A stretch of DNA of 64,000 nt from assembly GCA_965199495.1 (NCBI GenBank), contig CBDASK010000003.1, forward strand, positions 1,440,001 through 1,504,000. The letters run 5' to 3'. Under the pieces are notes generated by a model. It was not told the origin of the DNA and made no database searches. It saw only the letters and a list, made by a program, of their open reading frames with translations. Position 1 is the stretch's first letter. Every line of letters begins with the position of its first letter. Positions 40,102 through 48,949 of the stretch are shown here, piece after piece. A program made the translations under genes and the position numbers. Source of the DNA: Abditibacterium sp. (GTDB lineage: Bacteria; Armatimonadota; Abditibacteriia; Abditibacteriales; Abditibacteriaceae).

Positions 40102-40241
40102 ATTCAGGAGACGGGGGACAGAAGACAGAAGTTGAAAATGCCGTAAAATAAAACAAAGCACCCGCCGGAAAGCGGGTGCTTTGTTTTGACTGACAGCGTC
40201 CAAATTCCCGTCTCCTGTTTTCCGTCTCCTGTCTCCTGAAT
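40102..40241. repeat. Inverted heptamer-like (ggagaca/gaagaca) arrays enclosing a terminator
   Basis: attcaggagacgggggacagaagacag ... ccgtctcctgtctcctgaat; internal hairpin aaaacaaagcacccgc...gcgggtgctttgtttt (40150-40187). Confidence 0.65.
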
Positions 40242-41570
40242 ATGGAATTTTTCGTTTGTAAATTCGGCGGTACTAGCCTGGCCGATGCCGTTCAAATCCG
40301 CAAGGTGCGCGAAATCGTGCGCGCCGATGCGCGCCGCCGCTTTGTTGTGGTTTCGGCGCCGGGCAAGCGCAATTCGGATGATCAGAAAATCACCGATTTG
40401 CTGTTGACCTGCTGGCATTTGGCCGGGCAAAACCTCGATTTTTCGCAGCCGTTGGGCTTGATTCGCCATCGTTACGCGCAAATCGCGATTGACTTAGGCA
40501 TCGAGCCGTTGCTTTATCCGATTGACGAAGCGCAAACCGAATTAGAAAAATTGGCGCGCGGCGAGCATTCTTTGGCCACGCGCGATTGGATGGCGGCGCG
40601 CGGCGAATTTTGTCTGGCCCTGGTTTTGGCCGAGTTCATGGGCGCGCAGTTCGTTCCGGCGGGCGAGTGCATTCGCTTTGACGACGATGGGCATTTGGAC
40701 GAAATTTCTTACGGAAATCTGCGCGCGCGCATGGGCGATACCGAAAAAATTTATGTCGTGCCCGGTTTTTATGGGCGCGATAAACAGGGTTTAATCAAAA
40801 CGTTTGGGCGCGGCGGCAGCGATATTACCGGCGCCGTCGTCGCGCGCGCGGTTGGCGCGCGCGTTTACGAGAATTGGACGGACGTTTCGGGTTTGCTGAT
40901 GGCCGATCCGCGCGTGGTGCCCAACCCTAAACCGATTGGCGAAGTGACCTATCGCGAACTGCGCGAGTTGGCCTATGCGGGCGCGCAGGTCTTGCACGAA
41001 GAGACGGTGTTTCCGGCGAGTGAAGCGGGCATTCCGATTCAAATTCGCAACACCAATGCGCCCGACGACGCGGGCACGCGCATCGTAGCCACGCGCGACG
41101 CCAGCAACGGCGATATCGTCGGAATCGCCGGACAAAAAGGTTTTTGGACGATTTATATCGAGAAAGCGTTGATGAACCAACAGCGCGGATTTGGTCGGCG
41201 CGTGTTGGAAATTCTGGAGAACCACGATATTTCGTTCGAGCATATGCCCTCGGCGATTGATTCGATGTCGGTTGTAATCTCGGACGAACAGTTGAACGGC
41301 AAAGAAGAACAGATCATGCGCGAAATGGAGCGCGTGCTGGAACCGGATCGCATCGAACTGTTGCCCAAAATGGCATTATTGGCGACTGTCGGCGAAGGCA
41401 TGAGCTATCGCGTCGGCGTGGCTGGCACTTTGTTCGATGCGCTACGCGAAGCGAGCGTCAACGTGCGCATGATCACGCAGGGCGCCAGCGAAATCAACAT
41501 CATCGTCGGCGTGGACGAAAGCGATTTCGCGCGGGCCATGAAAGCGATTTACGACGCGTTTGTTGTTTAA
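40242..41570 (+). CDS. lysC: Aspartate kinase (two ACT domains)
   Basis: KFGGTS, VVVSAPG, GRGGSDITG, WTDVSG, QGASEINI. Confidence 0.92.
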   Translation: MEFFVCKFGGTSLADAVQIRKVREIVRADARRRFVVVSAPGKRNSDDQKITDLLLTCWHLAGQNLDFSQPLGLIRHRYAQIAIDLGIEPLLYPIDEAQTELEKLARGEHSLATRDWMAARGEFCLALVLAEFMGAQFVPAGECIRFDDDGHLDEISYGNLRARMGDTEKIYVVPGFYGRDKQGLIKTFGRGGSDITGAVVARAVGARVYENWTDVSGLLMADPRVVPNPKPIGEVTYRELRELAYAGAQVLHEETVFPASEAGIPIQIRNTNAPDDAGTRIVATRDASNGDIVGIAGQKGFWTIYIEKALMNQQRGFGRRVLEILENHDISFEHMPSAIDSMSVVISDEQLNGKEEQIMREMERVLEPDRIELLPKMALLATVGEGMSYRVGVAGTLFDALREASVNVRMITQGASEINIIVGVDESDFARAMKAIYDAFVV

Positions 41571-41605
41571 CGAGCGAGCGCATAAGCCACGCCGCCATCC
41601 CTAAA

Positions 41606-42046
41606 ATGACCTACGCTCAACTCGATCATATCGCCGACGCGGTTAATCCTCTGCTGGCGATTGGCATTATTGGAGGCGCGATTTGGTTGGAGCGCGGGCG
41701 CGCATGGAACTTTCTGTTGCGCGCGGCAATCGCTTACTTATTGGTGCAGCAGGGCGCCAAATTAGTTCAAAAACTGGGGCCGTTGGGCCATCATTTTCCC
41801 TCCACGCATTTCGCGGTCGCGCTCTGTTTCGCCACTTTGCTGGCGTTGCTACATCGCAAACTTCTCATCGTCGCCAGCGTCGTGGCTGTGGGCTACGGCG
41901 CGCTGATGTTGTATCAACATTACCACACGCCGCTCGAATTAATTGGCGCGCTTTACGCGATTCCCGTCGCTTATTTTTGTTGGAGTTTCAAACGGCGCTT
42001 AGTGCAAACATCCAGTAAAACTGATACAATTATCAATAAGAGCTAA
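41606..42046 (+). CDS. Membrane protein, degenerate PAP2-like
   Basis: Multi-TM; FPSTH and YHTPLELIG resemble PAP2 motifs 2 and 3. Confidence 0.5.
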   Translation: MTYAQLDHIADAVNPLLAIGIIGGAIWLERGRAWNFLLRAAIAYLLVQQGAKLVQKLGPLGHHFPSTHFAVALCFATLLALLHRKLLIVASVVAVGYGALMLYQHYHTPLELIGALYAIPVAYFCWSFKRRLVQTSSKTDTIINKS

Positions 42047-42065
42047 TTTTTTATCAACAAATCCC

Positions 42066-42473
42066 ATGAACATCAAAACGGATAACTCCATTGGGCAACG
42101 CCAGACCCGGCAACGTGACGCGATTTTGCAGGTGATTAGCGAAGCGCCGGGGCCGCTTTCGGTGCCCGAAATCCACGAGAAAGCCACCGAAAAATTGGAA
42201 ACCCTGGGCATCGCGACGGTTTATCGCACGCTCAAACTTTTGCAGGAAAGCGAGCAGATTCAGCAGGTTATTTTGCCGACGGGTGAATCACGTTTCGAGT
42301 CGGCAGAACATGGGCATCACGAACATTTCCAGTGTCGTTCCTGCACACGCGTTTTCGACGTTCACACTTGTTCACTACCCAAAATGCACGGAGCGACTTT
42401 GCCCGGTGGCTTCGTCGTCGAAGACCACGAACTGACGTATTATGGCACTTGCCCGGATTGCGTGACGCGCTAA
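42066..42473 (+). CDS. Fur family transcriptional regulator (Zur-like)
   Basis: TRQRDAIL, ATVYRTL, HHEHFQCRSC, YGTCPDC. Confidence 0.92.
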   Translation: MNIKTDNSIGQRQTRQRDAILQVISEAPGPLSVPEIHEKATEKLETLGIATVYRTLKLLQESEQIQQVILPTGESRFESAEHGHHEHFQCRSCTRVFDVHTCSLPKMHGATLPGGFVVEDHELTYYGTCPDCVTR

Positions 42474-42484
42474 CGCCGCTTTAT

Positions 42485-42680
42485 TAGACCTCTTGCAAAA
42501 GTCGCAAACGAGCGTGAAAGCGCCCGTGCCAGCGAATGAATTCGCGGCTGGGAGGCTAAAGCCGGGAGTCCGCCTGCGCGGACACGAAGAACCGTCGAAT
42601 TCCTTTGTCCGCGCAGGCGGACTCCCGGCTTTAGCCTCCCAGCCGCGAATTTATTCGCTGGCACTTTTGCAAGAGGTTTA
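42485..42680. repeat. Composite MITE-like element containing a family A palindrome
   Basis: Outer ends tagacctcttgcaaaagt / acttttgcaagaggttta; inner arms tgccagcgaatgaattcgcggctgggaggctaaagccgggagtccgcctgcgcggaca. Confidence 0.88.
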
Positions 42681-43352
42681 TTGATTGGGCAGTAAATCGC
42701 AAAAAGCGAAACGTTCTTCGCGCACGACGACTTCGCCGCGCTGGCATTTCACGGGCGCGCTAAAACCGGGGCCGTCCCACACGAAGCTGTGGAATTCGCC
42801 GTTTTCACCGCACGGATCAATATTGGGCGGCAGGTCGCGCAACAGAGCCACGTCGAAGGCGCGCCCGGCGAAACTGGCGTCGAGCGCGTGCGTATCCACG
42901 CAACTCAAAACCGCCTGAAAGCCCGCGCCGATGAACTCGCGCGCCAATTCCGCCGTGTCGCGGTTCCACAACGGAAAATGCGCCCGCAGGCCGTGGCTGC
43001 TCAACATGGCCTCGCGATAATCGCGCACATCGCGCAAAAATAGATCGCCCGCCGCGACGCACGCGATATTCTGCGCGCGCAAACTTTGTAGCGCCGCGCC
43101 CATCGCGTTTTCATATTGCGCGTTGGTGCAACGCGCGGGCACAGCGACGATTTGTAGCGGCACGTCCAGCGCCGCCGTCTGCGCTTCCAACAAAACGCGG
43201 CGCACGCCGTGAATACTAATGCGGTCGTAATCTTGCGTCACGGTCGTCAGCAAAACGCGCACGTCGAAATTGGGATCGGCGCGCAGGGCGCGCAAGGCCA
43301 GCGCGCTGTCTTTGCCACCGCTCCACAATAAAGCTATCGGTTCGGGATTCAC
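42678..43352 (-). CDS. PP-loop ATPase, diphthamide synthase/DUF71 (Dph6-like)
   Basis: WSGGKDS, GDLFL, FPLW, DPCGENGEFHSFV; GTG start (track ORF overlaps rpmG antisense). Confidence 0.85.
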   Translation of the reverse strand: MNPEPIALLWSGGKDSALALRALRADPNFDVRVLLTTVTQDYDRISIHGVRRVLLEAQTAALDVPLQIVAVPARCTNAQYENAMGAALQSLRAQNIACVAAGDLFLRDVRDYREAMLSSHGLRAHFPLWNRDTAELAREFIGAGFQAVLSCVDTHALDASFAGRAFDVALLRDLPPNIDPCGENGEFHSFVWDGPGFSAPVKCQRGEVVVREERFAFCDLLPNQ

Positions 43353-43484
43353 CCCTTGAATGTAAAAGTTCGGCGCGCGTTCGTCAAGCGCACTTCTCCA
43401 CAGAAATTGGCGCCTGTTGTCCCTCAGCTTGCACTTCGATGGGTGAGTTAGTAAAATAGAAAGGCTGAAAATCAGGAGAATATC

Positions 43485-43646
43485 ATGGCTAAAAAAGGCA
43501 ACACCGTCATCGTCAAATTGCGCTCGTCCGAGAGCGATTACCGCTACTACACCACCAAAAACAAGAAGAACACCACCGGTCGCATGGAAATCAAAAAATA
43601 TGATCCCATCGTGCGCAAACATGTGGACTTCAAAGAGGAACGCTAA
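43485..43646 (+). CDS. rpmG: 50S ribosomal protein L33 (Cys-free form)
   Basis: MAKKGNTVIVKLRSSESDYRYYTTKNKKNTTGRMEIKKYDPIVRKHVDFKEER; AGGAG RBS; absent from ORF track. Confidence 0.95.
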   Translation: MAKKGNTVIVKLRSSESDYRYYTTKNKKNTTGRMEIKKYDPIVRKHVDFKEER

Positions 43647-43780
43647 AAACTCAACCAATCGCCTCCAAGGGCGAAGCCTTGACTTCGCCCGCGCAAAAGA
43701 GCGGAACGCAACAGCTTTCCGGGGCGTATTGGAACCTCTAATTGATAATTGCTTCTCTTTATCATAAAAACGTTCTCTCC

Positions 43781-44269
43781 ATGTTTCAATTTATCCGCAC
43801 CGACGATAGCGCCCCCATCGCTTCCTCCGCGCCGAACTTGCGCGCGTCCGCAACCGATGCAAATGACTTAACGCGTCTGGGCAAATTGGATCGAGCGGGC
43901 GCGACGGCTTCGTTTTTGTGCGCGATTCACTGCGCGTTGATGCCGCTTGTAGTGACAATATTGCCGCTATTGGGTTTGGGATTTCTCTCTTCCGAACCCG
44001 TCGAGTGGGCGTTGTTGACGGCTTCAGCGACGTTGGGCAGTTTGAGTTTGTGTCTGGGATTTCGCAAGCATCGCAAGCGCCGCACTTTCATGGTTTTGGC
44101 GATTGCGCTCGCGATTATGGTCGCCGGACGCATTTTCCACGAGCGTCATTTTGGCATCTGGGGGCCGGTTTTGATGGTCATCGGCGGATTGATGATGATG
44201 GGCGCGCATCTGCTCAATCATCGGTTGTGTCACTCGTGCGCGACTTGCAGTTCGCACGAGTGCGGTTAA
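43781..44269 (+). CDS. MerC domain-containing membrane protein
   Basis: LDRAGATASFLCAIHCALMP; 4 TMs; His/Cys-rich tail HRLCHSCATCSSHECG. Confidence 0.82.
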   Translation: MFQFIRTDDSAPIASSAPNLRASATDANDLTRLGKLDRAGATASFLCAIHCALMPLVVTILPLLGLGFLSSEPVEWALLTASATLGSLSLCLGFRKHRKRRTFMVLAIALAIMVAGRIFHERHFGIWGPVLMVIGGLMMMGAHLLNHRLCHSCATCSSHECG

Positions 44270-44426
44270 AATTTGGAAATGTGTGGAACGCCAGCGCGTC
44301 AAATTGAGTTTTGGCGCGCTGTTTTGCCCACAGTTCTTGGTGCCCTGCCCGCGCGTTACGAGTTCGCGAGCGCGCTCTTTATGTCAAACTTTCGCGGGTC
44401 AGTCATTTTTCCGGGAGATTTCTTCA

Positions 44427-45575
44427 ATGAACGCTAATCCTACCCTCAACGCGCCCGCGCCCAAGCCGGTGGCTCGCCGCGCGGTGCCCAATTCCTCGGC
44501 GACCGAAACTTTGCCGGTGCCCGCCAAGTGGCGCGCCGGGCAACTGTTCTTCATCGCGCTGGTCTTGCTGGGCGCCATCGCCTACAACCTGTTCTTCATT
44601 CAGTGGCCCTTCATCTTTAAAACGATTCAGGCGGGCAACCTCAAAGCGGCATTGCCGATGTTCGCGCTGGGCGACCAACTCGGCTTTGTGCTGCTGGCCG
44701 CGATGATCTGGCTCTGCACGCCTGCCGCTGGGACGGTCGCCGTGGCTACATTGCAGGAGGCGTTGCGGCGGCGCTGGGTCATCGGATTTTTGGCGTTCTC
44801 GACTATCGTGCTGCTCTTTTCCGGCTCGCTGACTTTCGTGCAATTGGGCGAGGAGCAGCGATTTTTGCAGGACATGGGGACTGGCTTCATCATCGCCATG
44901 ACGATTTTGATCGCCATCTTTTTGGGCGTGACGCTCGTGCCACCCGAAGTCGAGCGCCGCACGATTTTCACGATTTTGTCGAAGCCGGTCAATCGTCTCG
45001 AATTTCTCTTGGGCAAGTTTTATGGTTTGTGCCTGACTTTGTTCGTGTGTTTGTTCTGGCTCAGCGCGGTGTTTTTGCTGGTTTTCGTGGTATTCAACCT
45101 GCGGCAAAACCCCGCAGCGTGGACGACGGGCACCGCCTACGAACCAACAGCCACGTTGGGCTTTCAAACCCTCAATCTCGCCAAAGCGTTACTTTTGCAC
45201 TACGGCCAATTGATCGTATTAGCGGCGCTTTCTCTGATGCTTTCGCTGATCGTCACGCCCATCACGGCGATTACCTTTTGCTTTTTAGCCTTTTTCGGCG
45301 GACAGATGTCGTCTTATTGGGGCCATCTGGGCGGAGAAGGTCACGATACGCACGCTGAAGAAGCCGGACACGGCCTCAATGGCGCGATGCAAAACGTTGT
45401 CAAAATCGTTTATTACGCGTTGCCACGCATGGATCACTTCGACGTGCGCCCGCAGTTGGTTACCGATACCGCCATCGCAATTCCGGTGATGTGGAGGGCG
45501 TGGAGCGGCGGCTTGATTTACGTTTCGGTTTTGCTGACCATCGCTTATCTGATTTTTTCGGATCGCGAATTTTAA
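44427..45575 (+). CDS. ABC-2 type transporter permease
   Basis: EVERRTIFTILSKPVNRLEFLLGK; C-terminal FSDREF. Confidence 0.85.
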   Translation: MNANPTLNAPAPKPVARRAVPNSSATETLPVPAKWRAGQLFFIALVLLGAIAYNLFFIQWPFIFKTIQAGNLKAALPMFALGDQLGFVLLAAMIWLCTPAAGTVAVATLQEALRRRWVIGFLAFSTIVLLFSGSLTFVQLGEEQRFLQDMGTGFIIAMTILIAIFLGVTLVPPEVERRTIFTILSKPVNRLEFLLGKFYGLCLTLFVCLFWLSAVFLLVFVVFNLRQNPAAWTTGTAYEPTATLGFQTLNLAKALLLHYGQLIVLAALSLMLSLIVTPITAITFCFLAFFGGQMSSYWGHLGGEGHDTHAEEAGHGLNGAMQNVVKIVYYALPRMDHFDVRPQLVTDTAIAIPVMWRAWSGGLIYVSVLLTIAYLIFSDREF

Positions 45576-45587
45576 TCTTTCCTAAGC

Positions 45588-45627
45588 AAAAAGCCCCGCG
45601 CTCAAATCATCGAGTGCGGGGCTTTTT
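45588..45627. terminator. Bidirectional intrinsic terminator
   Basis: aaaaagccccgcgctc...gagtgcggggcttttt. Confidence 0.8.
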
Positions 45628-45642
45628 AATTTTGCTATCAAT

Positions 45643-46320
45643 TCACTCGACGCTACTCAAAACAGCTTGAACCACGATGCGATTGGAGGTGTGCGGCATG
45701 GTGCAGGTGATCAGCGTCAGAATCGGTGTTTCGCCGGGTTTGGGTTGCGCCATAATCGAATAATCGGTGTCGGTCGTGGTAAAGACGCGCCCGGTTGTGT
45801 AGGTAAATTTGCCGTCGCGATTTTGCAAAACGATGGGCGCGCCCGGCATAATCTGATCTACGTTATAAAAATAAGAGCCGTAAATATTGCGATGACCGGC
45901 CAAAACGCAGTTGCCCACGCCCGGCATCGCCGAGTTAGGATCGTGACCGGGGCCACGCCGCAACGCGGCTTCGTCCCAGCCCTGCACCGCGTAAGTTTGC
46001 AAATCAATATCGGCGATGCTCATTTTGGTCAAAGGCCACTTCTGTGGCGATTTCGCGACGATTTGTTGCCCCATCGTCGGATCATCGGACGACGATTTCG
46101 AGTTGACCGTAGGTTTAGCCGGTTTGAGCGCGATTTTCTTGGCGTTTTTTTTGGTGGACGTTTGGTTTTGCGCCTCCCACTGCTTTTCCAGTTGGCTTTG
46201 GTTATAACGCGCGTAAACGGTTTGGGCGAACGGCCAGCTCGCCAGCATCAGGCCGCCAACGATGGCGCCGTTGAGGAGCCAGCGCACGGAGCGGCGCGAA
46301 CCCGAAGGAGAAACGGACAT
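45643..46320 (-). CDS. Sortase (class D/E-like)
   Basis: N-terminal TM; LAGHR, LTLITC, NRIVV catalytic His/Cys/Arg triad. Confidence 0.92.
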   Translation of the reverse strand: MSVSPSGSRRSVRWLLNGAIVGGLMLASWPFAQTVYARYNQSQLEKQWEAQNQTSTKKNAKKIALKPAKPTVNSKSSSDDPTMGQQIVAKSPQKWPLTKMSIADIDLQTYAVQGWDEAALRRGPGHDPNSAMPGVGNCVLAGHRNIYGSYFYNVDQIMPGAPIVLQNRDGKFTYTTGRVFTTTDTDYSIMAQPKPGETPILTLITCTMPHTSNRIVVQAVLSSVE

Positions 46321-46340
46321 GGGGAAGAGTAGACGCGCAC

Positions 46341-46376
46341 AAAAAACGCCGGTTTCGCAGAGGAAACCGGCGTTTT
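46341..46376 (-). terminator. Intrinsic terminator between substrate and sortase genes
   Basis: aaaaaacgccggtttc-gcagag-gaaaccggcgtttt. Confidence 0.75.
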
Positions 46377-46414
46377 AATTTCAGCGCGCAAACGCGAATC
46401 TGCGCAATTAAACA

Positions 46415-46810
46415 CTACGCAGCGACTTTGCGACGCATCGCCACAGCCGCGCCCGCGATGGACAAACCGGCCAAAACCGCGATCATCGGCTCGCCGCCGG
46501 TGTTGGGAATCGAGGAGGTGTCGCCGCCCGAAGCCGCATCGTCGGGGGCCACAAAGCCACCGTTACCTGCGACAGAGCCATCGGGGCTAACGCCAGATGT
46601 GGTTGTGGTCGTTGTGGTGTTGGTGATGCCGCCAGTATCGGCGGAACCGGAACCGGCCGAGCCGAATTCACTAGAACCTCCGAACGAGCCGGAAGAAGAT
46701 GGTTGAGTTGGCGCGGGTTGCGGGACGTCACGGGAGCCGGGTTGGGCCTGAGCGATTTGGGTGGTGGCCACCAAAAGGCCACTCAAAAGAATCCAGCGAA
46801 ATTTTTTCAT
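46415..46810 (-). CDS. Small secreted protein with LPXTG-like (IPNTG) sorting signal
   Basis: Signal peptide, Ser/Gly/Thr-rich body, IPNTGG + hydrophobic helix + RRK tail. Confidence 0.85.
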   Translation of the reverse strand: MKKFRWILLSGLLVATTQIAQAQPGSRDVPQPAPTQPSSSGSFGGSSEFGSAGSGSADTGGITNTTTTTTTSGVSPDGSVAGNGGFVAPDDAASGGDTSSIPNTGGEPMIAVLAGLSIAGAAVAMRRKVAA

Positions 46811-47101
46811 GTTTTTCCTCACTTTCTAAATAGTGGGTCAAAAGCGAAGCCACTGACCCGAATCCCACAGTATGTTTCAAACTGCGTGCCGAGACAACAA
46901 ATTTCTCTTTTGCTCCCTAACGTTTTCTTGATACCAGCGTTTGGCCACCGAAAATTTTCGAGATTTTTCAAAAAAGCGCACCTTTTCTTTACCGCATTTT
47001 CGGCCAGAGGTCAAGTTAAAGCGAAGAATAATTCGCCCCGATTTCCCTCTGACGCTCTTTGCCGTTCCATTTTATCCTGTTAGCCCGCAGCTTTTTCGAT
47101 C

Positions 47102-48097
47102 ATGTTTTTTTCCCGCGCCGCCAAAATCGCTTTTTTGAGCGCGCTTTGTCTTCTCATCATCGCGGGCGCTCTATCCTGGGGCGCTCCGGTTCCGCTCTCC
47201 GATTTGTGGTCGGGCGACGCCAGCCACGCCGAAGTCGCGCGCCATATTTTTCTCGAACTGCGCCCGCCGCGCGCCGTGGCTGCCCTGCTCGTTGGCGCCA
47301 GTCTCGCCATCGCCGGAGCGGGTTTGCAAACGATGTTCAATAACCCGCTCGCCGAACCCTATTTATTGGGCATTTCGGCGGGCGGCGCGTTGGGCGCGAC
47401 GGTTTCGGTCGCGCTCAAACTGCCGCCAATTGGCGCCTTCGACGCGGGCGCCCTACTGGCGTTCGTCGGCGCCTTAATTACGGCATTGGCGGTTTACGCC
47501 CTCGGCCAACCGCGCGGCGAAACATCGGCGGCCAATAGCAGCGCACGATTGCTCTTGGTCGGCGTGGCGATTTCGGCGTTATTATCATCGCTGATGTCTT
47601 TAGTCATCGCGCTTTCGGGCCGTTTAGATTTCGCGCAACAAGTCTCGTTCTGGCTTTTGGGCAGTTTCGAGCGTTCGTCGTGGCCGCAAAACGCGGTTTT
47701 GCTGGGCGCGTTTATCACCGGATTACTACTTTTGTTGGGTAGCGCGCGCGATCTCAACGCGTTGCGCGCCGGAGAAGAGGACGCGTCGGCATTGGGCGTC
47801 GAAGTCCAAGCGGTGCATCGGCGCATTCTTATCGCCGCCAGCTTGCTGAGCGCGGCCAGCGTCGCGGCGGCGGGCCTCATCGGATTTATCGGCTTGCTGG
47901 CGCCCCATATTGTGCGACTACTGGGCGCGCGCGATGTGCGCGCCTTATTGCCCGCCTCGGCGCTGGGCGGCGCGACCTTGCTCATCGCGTGCGATGCCCT
48001 CGCGCGCGGCGCGTTCGCGCCCATCGAAATTCCAGTCGGCATAGTCACGGCACTTTTGGGAGTGCCGTTATTTCTTTCCGTCGCGCGGCGGATGTAA
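47102..48097 (+). CDS. BtuC/FecCD family ABC permease
   Basis: LRPPR, NPLAEPYLLGISAGG, GLIGFIGLLAPH, EIPVG. Confidence 0.92.
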   Translation: MFFSRAAKIAFLSALCLLIIAGALSWGAPVPLSDLWSGDASHAEVARHIFLELRPPRAVAALLVGASLAIAGAGLQTMFNNPLAEPYLLGISAGGALGATVSVALKLPPIGAFDAGALLAFVGALITALAVYALGQPRGETSAANSSARLLLVGVAISALLSSLMSLVIALSGRLDFAQQVSFWLLGSFERSSWPQNAVLLGAFITGLLLLLGSARDLNALRAGEEDASALGVEVQAVHRRILIAASLLSAASVAAAGLIGFIGLLAPHIVRLLGARDVRALLPASALGGATLLIACDALARGAFAPIEIPVGIVTALLGVPLFLSVARRM

Positions 48098-48213
48098 AAG
48101 CGAACCGATAAGCGCAGAGTTTGCGCTTGATGTATTGAAATTTGCCTGCGGCATCGGCGGCGCCATCAACCACGTCGCGCGCCACGCGTTGCCGCAAGGC
48201 AAACTGAAACTTC

Positions 48214-48858
48214 ATGAGCAGAGTCCAACCCAAAGTGCCGCAATTGTCCAGCGACGAACTCGAACCGTGCGATTTGTCCGAAATCGAACTGCGGCCCGAA
48301 GCCGACTGGAGTCACTTAACAGCCACGGGATTGGCCAGTGGCGACGCCAAAGACGCGATATTCGACGAGATCGAATGGCAGGCCGCGCGTCTGGGCGCGG
48401 CGCGTTGGGAGCGCGCGACATGGCGCGATTGTCGCTTTTTCGGTTGCGATTTGGCGGGCGCCCTCGCTACGCGCATCGCCGTGACGCGCACTGAATTTAG
48501 CGATTGTCGTTTGCGCAGCATTAACGCGCCCGAAAGCGATTGGAACGATGTCGAATTTCGCCATTGCAACTTGGCGGGCGCGCATCTGCGGTTTTCGCGC
48601 TGGAAACTTTGTCGCTTCACTGATTGTGATTTGAGCGGCAGCGATTGGACAAACGCCGATGCGCGCGGTCTGGTGTTTCAGGGTTGCGATTTGCGCGGCG
48701 CCAACTTTAATTTTGCCCGTCTAAGCGGCACCGATTGGCGCACTTGTCAAACTGAAAATCTGCACATCAACGACAAAGCGCTCAAAGGTTTAATTTGCGA
48801 ACCGCTGCAAGCCGCACAGTTCGCCAAAGTTCTGGGTTTGGATGTGCGCTGGGATTAA
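48214..48858 (+). CDS. Pentapeptide repeat protein (Qnr/MfpA-like)
   Basis: Continuous CDLxG/AxF repeats; C-terminal QAAQFAKVLGLDV helix. Confidence 0.85.
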   Translation: MSRVQPKVPQLSSDELEPCDLSEIELRPEADWSHLTATGLASGDAKDAIFDEIEWQAARLGAARWERATWRDCRFFGCDLAGALATRIAVTRTEFSDCRLRSINAPESDWNDVEFRHCNLAGAHLRFSRWKLCRFTDCDLSGSDWTNADARGLVFQGCDLRGANFNFARLSGTDWRTCQTENLHINDKALKGLICEPLQAAQFAKVLGLDVRWD

Positions 48859-48860
48859 AA

Positions 48861-48943
48861 ATCAGCCACCAAGAAGGAAAATATTAATTTGTAAAAGCAA
48901 GATTATAAAATTTAGTTCTTCTTTGTTCTTCTATGGCTGATTA
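48861..48943. repeat. Degenerate AT-rich element related to family E
   Basis: aatcagccaccaagaagg ... ttcttctatggctgatt inverted ends. Confidence 0.45.
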
Positions 48944-48949
48944 TTAAAA

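Noticed and set aside
40092..40241. Possible lysine riboswitch upstream of aspartokinase
   Set aside because: Explained by a terminator and heptamer-like inverted repeats; no lysine-riboswitch consensus seen.
43353..43658. N-terminal extension of the Dph6-like ORF
   Set aside because: It is antisense to the clear rpmG gene; family similarity begins only near GTG 43352.
43781..44269. Mercury resistance operon
   Set aside because: No merA/merR/merT; the context fits metal-starvation uptake better.
46830..46870. Hairpin in the leader of the IPNTG substrate gene as a riboswitch
   Set aside because: Short stem only (gggtca...tgaccc); no match to a riboswitch consensus I can recognise.
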